Translations under genes and position numbers: made by a program
Origin: Staphylococcus epidermidis
GTDB lineage: Bacteria > Bacillota_I > Bacilli_A > RFN20 > CAG-826
NCBI GenBank assembly: GCA_945879785.1
Contig: CAMCVC010000003.1
Location: forward strand, 1 to 42,734
Direction of reading: 5' to 3'
Length of the DNA: 42,734 bases
In this document: one piece after another, positions 27,364 through 36,012 of the stretch
Position numbering within the stretch: the stretch's first letter is position 1
Layout: each line of letters opens with the position of its first letter
Notes under the pieces: generated by a model
Seen by the model: the letters and a program-made list of their open reading frames with translations, nothing else
Database searches by the model: none
What the model was told of the DNA's origin: nothing

Positions 27364-27409
27364 GCTACATCCATCGGTTATCTTGTGTCATAATAATCAT
27401 GAGGAATAT

Positions 27410-28651
27410 ATGATGAAAAAGTCTTATTTAATCCTAACCTTAACGACTGTTTTGATTGCAGGATGCAATCCCACCAGTAGTTCGTCCAGTGAAACCCTTA
27501 TCCCACTTCCCAATGTCGTCATTTCAAAGCTTTTTACTGCTTCATCAACACGAAATAATCTTATTGAATTGTATAATCCTACGGATGCTCCCATCGCCTT
27601 ATCTGGGATATCTTTAGATTTTTATAATAATGGATCGAATGACATCACCAATCAGATTCTTCTCAATGGTCAAATTGAAGCGCTTGGATACTATGTGGTT
27701 GGTGGTAGTGCCCATGACTCATTAGACGTTAAAAATAAAATGGATTTTCAATTAGAAACTGGTAGTCCTCCTTTTAATGGGGATGATGCGATTCGACTAA
27801 GTAAAGGCAATCGGGTCATTGATGCGATTGGGGTGATAGGGTTTGATATTGCTTATTCAACGAATCAAACATTAATTCGCTTAGGTGACAAAGAAGATCA
27901 TCAAGCTTCACCTACATACAATCGTTTTCAATTTATTTCTTATCTACCTAACCTATTTGAATACTTAAAGAATGATCTTCATGAGATTAAATCCCACGAC
28001 CAACTCTATGAAGGTCCTCGATTAGAACCTCGATATGCAAGCTACCCTTTCGTTCAAACAGGAAGCACCACGATTGGTGGAGGTGGATATGTTGAAACCA
28101 CCAACGTCTCCATCGCCGATGGGGATACCGCTACCTTTGCCCCTTCTGGTGCATTTCCAGGTAACTCCGTTCGTTATTATTACATCAACACCCCTGAAGT
28201 CGATGGCAACTATGTTCGAGCCGAACCCTGGGGTTATGTCGCCAGTAAATACAATAAAGAATTTGTCATGCGGAATGCTTCTCAATCCACCTTTTATATT
28301 CAATCCATCATGGGTGGTGGATTAAAAGAAGTGAACAATCGTGCATTGGCGCTTGTGTGGGTCAATCAACAATTGGCTCAGTTTTTAATTGTTCGTGAGG
28401 GTCTATCCGAAAATGTCGCCAGTGACTTTACCCAAATTGATCTCAATTTAAGTTATAAAAATGTCCCGTATTTATATTTTCTTCAGTATGCAGAAAACAT
28501 GGCAAAAATCAATGCTTGGGGGACCAAAGGCTTCCCTGTGAATCCTACGGGAGAAAAATCACCCGATTGGAACTACCTTGCCAACGGTGGCGTTGGGGCA
28601 TTGGCAACCCAGTCTCCGATATGGTCACCGAAGATTCCATTACCTTGGTAA
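27410..28651 (+). CDS. Lipoprotein with lamin-tail domain and staphylococcal (thermo)nuclease domain
   Basis: Lipobox IAGC. LTD motifs VVISKL..IELYNPT..PIALSG..GYYVVG..FNGDDAIRL..IDAIG. SNase motifs ADGDT, RYYYINTPE, EPWG..AS, R.LALVW..IVREGL. The start is placed at ATG 27410, after GAGGA. Confidence 0.82.
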   Translation: MMKKSYLILTLTTVLIAGCNPTSSSSSETLIPLPNVVISKLFTASSTRNNLIELYNPTDAPIALSGISLDFYNNGSNDITNQILLNGQIEALGYYVVGGSAHDSLDVKNKMDFQLETGSPPFNGDDAIRLSKGNRVIDAIGVIGFDIAYSTNQTLIRLGDKEDHQASPTYNRFQFISYLPNLFEYLKNDLHEIKSHDQLYEGPRLEPRYASYPFVQTGSTTIGGGGYVETTNVSIADGDTATFAPSGAFPGNSVRYYYINTPEVDGNYVRAEPWGYVASKYNKEFVMRNASQSTFYIQSIMGGGLKEVNNRALALVWVNQQLAQFLIVREGLSENVASDFTQIDLNLSYKNVPYLYFLQYAENMAKINAWGTKGFPVNPTGEKSPDWNYLANGGVGALATQSPIWSPKIPLPW

Positions 28652-28654
28652 AAC

Positions 28655-28690
28655 AAAAACCCGCTTAAATAAGCGGGTTATTTTATTTTT
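28655..28690. terminator. Bidirectional Rho-independent terminator
   Basis: AACCCGCTTA-AA-TAAGCGGGTT hairpin flanked by A- and T-tracts, between the convergent nuclease gene and tRNA-Leu. Confidence 0.85.
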
Positions 28691-28775
28691 TGGTGCAGGT
28701 AGGGAGACTCGAACTCCCAAGGGTTACCCCATACGCCCCTCAAACGTACGCGTCTACCAATTTCGCCATACCTGC
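28691..28775 (-). tRNA. tRNA-Leu(GAG)
   Basis: GCAGGTA acceptor, TACGT-TTGAGGG-GCGTA anticodon arm, long variable arm, GTTCGAGTC, CCA. Confidence 0.95.
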
Positions 28776-28807
28776 GCGAATATGATTATAACCAAACCCC
28801 AAGAAAA

Positions 28808-30229
28808 TTAAAAGAAGTTAAACACGAGATTGGCTAAAGCAAAGTAAATGAGTAGGGAACTAAAATCAACCAGCGTGGTTAAAAAAGGCGAAGACATGAC
28901 GGCTGGATCTTTCTTCAATTTCAAGGCAAGAAGAGGCAATAAACTCCCGAGTAGTTTTGAAATCAATATCGAAAGCAGTAACGTCAAACTGACCAATCCG
29001 GCGATTCTAACAATGTACAGCCACCACTCAGGTTGATACATGACCAAATTCATATCGGTAGGAAATCGGATAAAACCAATCACCAGTTGAAACCAAATCA
29101 GTCCAAAGGTAAACAAGGCGGTAATGAATGAAGTTAAGATTGCTACCTTCAATTCTTTTTGAATGACAAAGGTTACATCTTTCAGGGTGATGTCTTTAAC
29201 AGCAATGGCCCGAGTGATGATCGCCACCGATTGATTGCCCGTGTTCCCACCTGTATTCATGATTAAAGGAATGAAGGCGGTCAGAATGACCACGCTTTCT
29301 AGAATCCCTTGAAATTGATTAATGGTGAAAGTAGAAACGACCCCTAACACCATCAACCCTAAAATCCAAGGAATCGATTTCATGACAATCGCCATGGGTT
29401 TGGTTTGTTTATAGTTACCATCTAAGGGTGAAATGGCAGCCATCTTCAGAAAGTCTTCACTGGCTTCTTTTTCAATGACATCCACAATATCGTCAATGGT
29501 GATAATCCCAACCAAGTGATTGGATTCATTAAGTACTGGCATAACCGACAAATCATAGCGTTTAAATAATTGGGAAACTTCTTCTTGATCGGTATGGACA
29601 AAACAAGAAATAAATTCTTTGTTCATGACATCACTGACGAGTTGATTAGGTTCATGAAACACCACATCTTCAATGTAGATAATCCCCTTTAAAAATCGAT
29701 TAGCATCAACGACGAAGTTTGAATAAATGGTTTCTTGGTCACGGCCGGTTTTTCTAATTTTTTCTAAGGTTTCCCCAATGCTAAGGTTTTCTGCAATGGT
29801 GATGTACTCCGTTGTCATGATGCTGCCTGCGGAACCAGGCTTGTAATTGAGAAGATGATTAATCTCAGAACGCAACGTGGGGTCAGCAACTTTTAAAATT
29901 CTTGACACCAAGTTGGCTGGTAAATCTTGTAAGAAATCAGCAATGTCATCTTGGTAAGAATTATTTAATAATTCAACCAACTGTTTATCGGTAAAAACGT
30001 GAAGGATGTTTTCTTGTTGGGAAGCGGAAAGATGGGAGAATAGTTCTGAAGTATGATCTGAACTACAGGTCTTAAAAATAAAGATGATATCTTGAGGATT
30101 CTTTAAGTGATTGACCAAAGACGCTAGATCAATAATTTCGTGCTTGGTGAATAATAGGCGAATCTTATTAATTTCCTTTTTTCGAATATATAACTTTAAT
30201 GTGTTGAGTTGAATTAATTTATCAGACAT
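28808..30229 (-). CDS. mgtE: Magnesium transporter MgtE
   Basis: MgtE N-domain, CBS pair (SAGSIMTTEY, GIITIDD), TM motifs FIPLIMNTGGNTGNQS and DPAVMSSPFLTTLVD. Confidence 0.95.
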   Translation of the reverse strand: MSDKLIQLNTLKLYIRKKEINKIRLLFTKHEIIDLASLVNHLKNPQDIIFIFKTCSSDHTSELFSHLSASQQENILHVFTDKQLVELLNNSYQDDIADFLQDLPANLVSRILKVADPTLRSEINHLLNYKPGSAGSIMTTEYITIAENLSIGETLEKIRKTGRDQETIYSNFVVDANRFLKGIIYIEDVVFHEPNQLVSDVMNKEFISCFVHTDQEEVSQLFKRYDLSVMPVLNESNHLVGIITIDDIVDVIEKEASEDFLKMAAISPLDGNYKQTKPMAIVMKSIPWILGLMVLGVVSTFTINQFQGILESVVILTAFIPLIMNTGGNTGNQSVAIITRAIAVKDITLKDVTFVIQKELKVAILTSFITALFTFGLIWFQLVIGFIRFPTDMNLVMYQPEWWLYIVRIAGLVSLTLLLSILISKLLGSLLPLLALKLKKDPAVMSSPFLTTLVDFSSLLIYFALANLVFNFF

Positions 30230-30275
30230 TACCCTTACATTCTACTCTTTTTAAGTTAAAATAGGACTAATCATT

Positions 30276-32558
30276 ATGATTAAACAACCGAAACTCGTTA
30301 CACACCCATCCACCAAGAAACGATGGAATGTAATTTTCTTTGTTGGCTCCATTTTTCTTGGCATAGGGTTTTCTTTTTTTTCACTACAAGGAGACTTAGC
30401 TAGTTTCGAATGGTTACCTTTTTTAACACTTAGTCAACAATGGTTAGGTCAATTAGACATGATCTTTATGGCGCTATTGCTGTTAGGCGTGATCATTTTT
30501 TCGAGTGGGTTAAGGTTTCATGTCCTGTTAAAGATTAAAGTTAAGAACCTTCGATTCAGGACAAGCTTAATGTATGGCATCCTTGCTCGGTATTATGTTT
30601 TAATCACCCCTTGGGCCTTAGGTTCGCAACCCATATTAATCGGCATCATGTATCAACGTAAAGTACCAATTGGTTTAGCGACCAGTGTCGTTATGATGGA
30701 TTTATTATTCATGCGTTTAAGCATGGCCTTAATTGTTTTATTGGCACTCCTTGGGTTTGGTCATTTGGTTTCACCAGGCATTCTTCTGTTTGCTTGGATT
30801 GGTTTTTTCTTCACATGCATCAATCCGGCCATTTTAGTTTTGGCTTCCCTCCATCCTTGGCTTGAGAAGGGATTATTAACGCTCATTGCTTGGATCTTTC
30901 CAAAGAAAAAAGACCAATTACAAACTTCATTAAAAAATATCCTAGTTCAATATCGTCAATCCTTTAAAGAATTTCGCCATCAGGTTATGCCAATTGTCAA
31001 AGTCACTTTATATTCATTGATGTCTCAATGGTCATTGTTAGCACTGCCTTATTTTTTAATGGCAAGCTTTTCAACTTCCGTGTTTGAAATCAGTCCTTTG
31101 GAATTTAATCTAGTTCATGTCACGATGATGACTGCCCTGTCGAATGTGATTCTTGGCATTGTCCCAACCCTAGGTAGTGCTGGGGCTGCAGAGTTTACCT
31201 TTGCAACGGTATTTTCAACTTTTTTAACAGGGAATTATTTATTGTGGGCCATCTTACTTTGGCGTGTAATGTTGTTTTACATTTGGTTGATTATTGGGGT
31301 TTGCATTAGTTTGTATTTAGGGTGGTTCCAAAAAAATGTAAAAAAACAAAAACCGTATAATCCCTCTTTACCCATGAAAATATTTATTTTTAATGATGGT
31401 TTTTTTCCTCTCATTGATGGCGTGGTTCGTGCGGTCGATGGATATGCGAGATATTTACATCAGCAAGGCATCGATGTCACCGTTGTTGTTCCTTATGTTG
31501 GTGACACAAGCAAGTATCCGTACCGAATTCTTGCCATTCCCCAACTTAAGATTCCAGGTTTCTTTTATCCTTTACCTTATGGGATGAAAGGGAAAAGAAT
31601 CCAGTCGCTTTACCAATATGATGGACCCATCGTTTACCATACGCATACTCCGTTTCTGCTTGGTCATCTCGCATTAAAGTTAGCAAAAAAATATCGTATT
31701 CCTATCGTGTCAACCTTTCATAGTAAGTATTACGATGATTATCTAGCGGCTACAAAAAGTAAAATGCTTGCAAGGATACTTACTTTTTTTACGATGAGAT
31801 TCTTTAAAAAGACCGATGCCATTTGGACTGTATCCAAGGGAACAGTTGAGACGATGCGTCAATATGGTTTAGACCATCGAACCATCAAAATCATTCCTAA
31901 TGGGATTAATTTTAAACCTGAAACCATCACAAAAACGGAAGCTGCTAATTTTTTAAATGACTATCAACTGAGTGCAAAAGTTCCCATCATTTTATTTGTC
32001 GGCCAATTGATTTGGCAAAAAAACCTTCAACTCATTTTAGACACTTACCTTGAACTTGAAAAGAAAGGTTTTCTCTTTCAGGCGGTGTTTATTGGTGATG
32101 GACGAGATGAAAACAACATCAAAGACTATGCTAGGAAACAAGGGATTAAGAGGAAAATTATTTTTACAGGAAAGATCACGAATCAATTAATCCTAGGATC
32201 TTTTTACCAAATGGCGCGCCTATTTTTCTTCCCATCCAAATATGATAACGATCCGTTGGTTATTAAAGAGGCAGCAGCATACCAATTACCCTCTCTGGTG
32301 TTAGCAAATACGTCGATTGCTCAATTAATCATGAATCAAATCAATGGTTACATTCATGAAGGTGATAGCAAGTCCTTCGCCAACCGTTTGATAGAAATCT
32401 TATCTGATTCAAAAAACTTAAAGACCATCGGAGAAGAAGCAAAAAAAACCTTGGTGGTAACTTGGTCAGAGACCTTAAGAGATTTACGAGCCAATTATCA
32501 AGACGTCTTAACTGACTATGATTCTCATCGAGATTTTCATATAATAGAAAACATATGA
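30276..32558 (+). CDS. Fusion: lysylphosphatidylglycerol-synthase-TM (flippase-like) domain + GT4 glycosyltransferase
   Basis: N-terminal multi-TM half with ITPWALGSQP, VPTLGSAGAAE and LLWR. C-terminal half begins MKIFIFNDGFFPLIDGV and contains HTHTPF, STFHSKY, LFVGQL..KN and PSKYDNDPLVIKEA. Confidence 0.85.
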   Translation: MIKQPKLVTHPSTKKRWNVIFFVGSIFLGIGFSFFSLQGDLASFEWLPFLTLSQQWLGQLDMIFMALLLLGVIIFSSGLRFHVLLKIKVKNLRFRTSLMYGILARYYVLITPWALGSQPILIGIMYQRKVPIGLATSVVMMDLLFMRLSMALIVLLALLGFGHLVSPGILLFAWIGFFFTCINPAILVLASLHPWLEKGLLTLIAWIFPKKKDQLQTSLKNILVQYRQSFKEFRHQVMPIVKVTLYSLMSQWSLLALPYFLMASFSTSVFEISPLEFNLVHVTMMTALSNVILGIVPTLGSAGAAEFTFATVFSTFLTGNYLLWAILLWRVMLFYIWLIIGVCISLYLGWFQKNVKKQKPYNPSLPMKIFIFNDGFFPLIDGVVRAVDGYARYLHQQGIDVTVVVPYVGDTSKYPYRILAIPQLKIPGFFYPLPYGMKGKRIQSLYQYDGPIVYHTHTPFLLGHLALKLAKKYRIPIVSTFHSKYYDDYLAATKSKMLARILTFFTMRFFKKTDAIWTVSKGTVETMRQYGLDHRTIKIIPNGINFKPETITKTEAANFLNDYQLSAKVPIILFVGQLIWQKNLQLILDTYLELEKKGFLFQAVFIGDGRDENNIKDYARKQGIKRKIIFTGKITNQLILGSFYQMARLFFFPSKYDNDPLVIKEAAAYQLPSLVLANTSIAQLIMNQINGYIHEGDSKSFANRLIEILSDSKNLKTIGEEAKKTLVVTWSETLRDLRANYQDVLTDYDSHRDFHIIENI

Positions 32559-33130
32559 AAACAATTCTTGTTGAAACTTCTGCTCGCCACATTCATCTCA
32601 CGCAAAGTGATTTGGAAGTTTTATGCGGTCGTGGCTTTCAGATGAGTTCGGTACGTCCACTTTCCCAACCAGGTCAATACGTTGCTAACGTAAGATTAAC
32701 GTTAGTTGGACCTAAAAAGAGCATCGAGAATGTGGTTGTGTTAGGACCGGTTCGTCCTGCATCACAAGTTGAAGTTTCTGCAACGGAAGCAAGATTACTA
32801 GGGTTAACTCCTCCCATTCGTGAATCCGGAGATATTCAAGGTTCTAGTCCAATCACGATTGTCGGGCCTAAGGGACAAATCACCTTAACTCAAGGTTGCA
32901 TTATTGCGAAAAGACATATTCATATGACTCCTGATGACGCAATGTCCTTTGGGGTTAAAGATAAACAAGTTGTCTCTGTGAAAGTGATGAACTCGTTCCG
33001 CAGTTTAATCTATGGAGATGTGGTGGTTCGAGTTCGCAAAGATTTTGCTTTAGCAATGCATATCGACACCGATGAAGCCAATGCAGCTGGTTTAACTGGA
33101 GATACACAAGGTGTTCTCATCATTGGTTGA
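32555..33130 (+). CDS. pduL: PduL-type phosphate acyltransferase
   Basis: VETSARHIHL, LSQPGQY, LGPVR..SQVEVS, RESGD, AKRHIHM, MHIDTDEANA. Confidence 0.93.
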   Translation: MKTILVETSARHIHLTQSDLEVLCGRGFQMSSVRPLSQPGQYVANVRLTLVGPKKSIENVVVLGPVRPASQVEVSATEARLLGLTPPIRESGDIQGSSPITIVGPKGQITLTQGCIIAKRHIHMTPDDAMSFGVKDKQVVSVKVMNSFRSLIYGDVVVRVRKDFALAMHIDTDEANAAGLTGDTQGVLIIG

Positions 33131-33161
33131 ACCTGGCTTTGTTATATCCAAGAAGATTTAG

Positions 33162-33167
33162 TATAAT
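33162..33167 (+). promoter_or_regulatory. -10 box for SAM riboswitch/metK transcript
   Basis: TATAAT 8 nt upstream of riboswitch P1. Confidence 0.6.
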
Positions 33168-33175
33168 CTTCTTAA

Positions 33176-33278
33176 GGTCATATCCCGAAAACTGTGTTGA
33201 CGGACCGTCCACAGAAGCAACTCTAGTTATCTAGTAAGTGCTGGTCCAAGCGGAGTTCCACCTCCGAACGATATGAGC
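33176..33278 (+). ncRNA. SAM-I (S-box) riboswitch aptamer, variant P2
   Basis: P1 UCAUAUC/GAUAUGA, P2 CUGUG..GAC/GUC.CACAG, loop GGACC pairing with GGUCC (pseudoknot), P3 AGCAACU/AGUGCU, P4 CGGAG/CUCCG. Lies directly upstream of metK. Confidence 0.85.
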
Positions 33279-33291
33279 GAAAGTATCTATC

Positions 33292-33318
33292 AAACTTTCC
33301 ATCGTGGAAAGTTTTTTT
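33292..33318 (+). terminator. Riboswitch expression-platform terminator
   Basis: AAACTTTCCA-TCG-TGGAAAGTTT followed by T-tract, between the aptamer and the metK SD. Confidence 0.88.
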
Positions 33319-33336
33319 ATTCAAGGAGGAAATCGA

Positions 33337-34506
33337 ATGAAAGAAATCATGTTATTTACGTCAGAAGCGGTGTCAGAAGGACATCCAGATAAAGTTTGTG
33401 ATCAAATTGCCGACGCTATTTTGGATGCATGTCTGGCACTCGATCCCTTAGCCCATGTTGCCATTGAGTGTTTTGCTGCCAAACAAAAATTATTGATTGG
33501 TGGAGAAGTTCGCTTTTCCTCAACCCAAATTCAAAGACCTGATTTTAAAAAAATAGCTAAACAAGTGATGACGGAAATTGGATATACGAACAAAGAGTTA
33601 GATTTTTCTGTGAATGAAGTTGAAATTTTTGATTGGGTACAAACACAATCCGAAGATATCAACCAAGCAGTCAATCAAGAAGAAACAACGGCGGGTGATC
33701 AAGGATTGATGTTTGGTTACGCCACCGATGAAACTGAAGGGTTCATGCCTTTGGCAATCGTGGTCGCACAAAAACTAGTTCGCGTGGCATCAAGATTAAG
33801 AAAACAAGGTCAATTTCCTTATGCTAGACCTGATATGAAATCACAAGTCACGGTCGCCTACGAAGGTAAGAAAGTTTATCTTGATAAAGTCGTGATGTCT
33901 ATCCAACATGACCCCAAAACACCGTTTAAAGAATTTAAAGAATTCATTCTAGATAAAATCATTAAGCCTGTGGTTGCCTCATTTAAATTAAATCAGGATT
34001 ATGAAGTCTATATTAATCCTTCCAATCGCTTTGTGATTGGTGGGCCCGCTGGGGACACCGGTTTAACTGGTAGAAAAATTATTGTGGATACATACGGTGG
34101 GTACGCTCGTCATGGTGGTGGTTCTTTTTCAGGTAAGGATGCAACAAAAGTTGATCGCTCAGGGGCATATTTAGCTCGATACATCGCTTTGAATTTAGTG
34201 GCCGCCGGGGTCGCTAAAAAGGTTGAAGTCCAAATTGCTTACATTATTGGCCAGGCAAAACCTGTATCCGTGACTCTCTTTACTTTTGGTACATTAAAAA
34301 AAGGATTAAAAGAAAATAAAATTCTTAGTATTATTCAAGAAGTTTTCTTCTTCAAACCAGGTGAAATTATAAAGAATTTTTCCTTAACAAAACCAGCGTT
34401 TCGGTATCGTGACTTGGCAATTTATGGTCATTTTGGTCGCCCCGATCTTGATGTTCCTTGGGAAAAAGCTGACCGAGTTGATGCCATCAAGTCATTACTC
34501 AAATAA
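33337..34506 (+). CDS. metK: S-adenosylmethionine synthetase
   Basis: FTSEAVSEGHPDKVCDQI, AGDQGLMFGYA, DTGLTGRKIIVDTYGG, GGGSFSGKD.TKVDRS. The start is ATG 33337, after AAGGAGG. Confidence 0.97.
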   Translation: MKEIMLFTSEAVSEGHPDKVCDQIADAILDACLALDPLAHVAIECFAAKQKLLIGGEVRFSSTQIQRPDFKKIAKQVMTEIGYTNKELDFSVNEVEIFDWVQTQSEDINQAVNQEETTAGDQGLMFGYATDETEGFMPLAIVVAQKLVRVASRLRKQGQFPYARPDMKSQVTVAYEGKKVYLDKVVMSIQHDPKTPFKEFKEFILDKIIKPVVASFKLNQDYEVYINPSNRFVIGGPAGDTGLTGRKIIVDTYGGYARHGGGSFSGKDATKVDRSGAYLARYIALNLVAAGVAKKVEVQIAYIIGQAKPVSVTLFTFGTLKKGLKENKILSIIQEVFFFKPGEIIKNFSLTKPAFRYRDLAIYGHFGRPDLDVPWEKADRVDAIKSLLK

Positions 34507-34573
34507 AATCTCAAATAACCTACCTTAATGAAGCAAAAGTTGAGATAATGGAATCAAGAAAAGGGGTGGAAAT

Positions 34574-35122
34574 ATGAAATATCAAATTGTCGGAAAAAAT
34601 ATTGAGGTTACCGCTGCCATTTCAAATAAAATTCAAACGAAGCTAAAGAGACTAGATAAGTTTTTTGTCATCACGGATGAAGTCACTTGTCGAGCTCTGG
34701 TTCGCTCCTATAAGGTTGGTGCAAAAGTTGAAATCACCATTTTTACTTCCATGATGGATTTAAGAGCCGAAGTGAAACATGATGATTTATATGCAGCCGT
34801 TGATCTCGCTTTGGATAAATTAGAAAACCAACTGAGAAAATTAAAAACAAGAATTAAAGATTATAAGTCTCCAAGTTTAGGTGAATCGATTATTCTTGAT
34901 GCTATTCAAGCCGAAGATAAAGTCACCAAACTAGATCAAGTGATAAGAACAAAATCGTTATTTTTGTCACCGATGACGGTTGAAGAAGCAATCACAAGAA
35001 TGGACGCGTTAGGCCATAGTTTCTTTGTCTACCTCGATATAGAAGATAAACAAATTAGTGTTCTCTATCATCGTCATGATGGCGGTCTTGGTTTAATCCA
35101 AGCAGAAAATAAAGTTCAATAA
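34574..35122 (+). CDS. hpf: Ribosome hibernation promoting factor (long HPF)
   Basis: IVGKNIEVT, DLYAAVD...KLENQLRK and C-terminal PMTVEEAI..M..LGHSFFVY...YHRHDG. Confidence 0.93.
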   Translation: MKYQIVGKNIEVTAAISNKIQTKLKRLDKFFVITDEVTCRALVRSYKVGAKVEITIFTSMMDLRAEVKHDDLYAAVDLALDKLENQLRKLKTRIKDYKSPSLGESIILDAIQAEDKVTKLDQVIRTKSLFLSPMTVEEAITRMDALGHSFFVYLDIEDKQISVLYHRHDGGLGLIQAENKVQ

Positions 35123-35125
35123 ACC

Positions 35126-35962
35126 ATGTCTAAACTCATTGCGATTGATTTAGATGGAACTTTGTTTTATCCAAAAAAACGGATAAAACTAGTGTCAAAA
35201 GAAAACATTAGATTTTTAAAATGGGCAAAAGCCAATGGTCATGAAGTGGTTTTTGTTACGTCTAGAAATCGTCAATTTGTCGAGAAAGTTTTAAAAGAGA
35301 TAGATCTAGATATAGACTTTGTCTGTCGAAATGGTTGCGTTGTGGTTCATGACCATCAAGTGATTCTGGATAAAGTGATGGCCAAAGAAGATGTTCAAAA
35401 AGTCACATCATTCATCCAACAACGGCATCAACGATATATGTTTTCAATCGATACCAAAGAATCTTCCAATATTGTATTTACAAGTGCTTACATTTGGTAT
35501 TTAAATATCATGTATCGCATGTATTATTTTTTACAAGGGCGATATCGGGAAGATTTTGATAAAAATAATACTCGATTTGAAAAAGAAATGAAGCAATCAT
35601 CCACCATCCAACGATTGTTGATTTACTTTGGTTTAGGTAAAAAAGCAAATAAGTTAGCATTAGAAGAATCTCAAGTTCTCAAACATCAATTTCCAAAATT
35701 AGAAATTGCCTGGATCAATGGTTTAATTGAAGTAGCCTCCTTGGGGACAAATAAAGGGCAATCCCTTACTAAATTAGTCGAAGCAAAAAAGTGGAACAAA
35801 GATGATGTGATCGTCATTGGAGATTCTGGCAATGATGTATCGATGTTTCATATGTTTGCTCATAGTTATTGCATGGATCATGCTCATCCTTCCATCAAAA
35901 AACATGCTCGATATGTCATAAAACGAGTTCACCACTTGCAAAAAATCATCACCACAAGATAA
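35126..35962 (+). CDS. Cof-type HAD-IIB hydrolase
   Basis: IAIDLDGTL, VTSR, NG, NKG, IGDSGNDVSMF. Confidence 0.9.
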   Translation: MSKLIAIDLDGTLFYPKKRIKLVSKENIRFLKWAKANGHEVVFVTSRNRQFVEKVLKEIDLDIDFVCRNGCVVVHDHQVILDKVMAKEDVQKVTSFIQQRHQRYMFSIDTKESSNIVFTSAYIWYLNIMYRMYYFLQGRYREDFDKNNTRFEKEMKQSSTIQRLLIYFGLGKKANKLALEESQVLKHQFPKLEIAWINGLIEVASLGTNKGQSLTKLVEAKKWNKDDVIVIGDSGNDVSMFHMFAHSYCMDHAHPSIKKHARYVIKRVHHLQKIITTR

Positions 35963-36012
35963 TTCATTGATAAAGAACAAAAATATTGTTAAAATCAACC
36001 TAGGAAAAACAC

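Noticed and set aside
18659-28775. Possibility that the ABC/lipoprotein/nuclease block is a genomic island inserted at tRNA-Leu
   Set aside because: No integrase or transposase is present, and I found no duplicated tRNA 3' end (att site) at the other boundary. The promoters and SDs look native.
28578-28811. 77-aa ORF spanning tRNA-Leu(GAG)
   Set aside because: It is an antisense translation through a terminator and a tRNA gene.
30229-30276. Expected M-box (Mg2+) riboswitch upstream of mgtE
   Set aside because: The intergenic gap is only 46 nt and holds divergent -10 boxes, leaving no room for the element.
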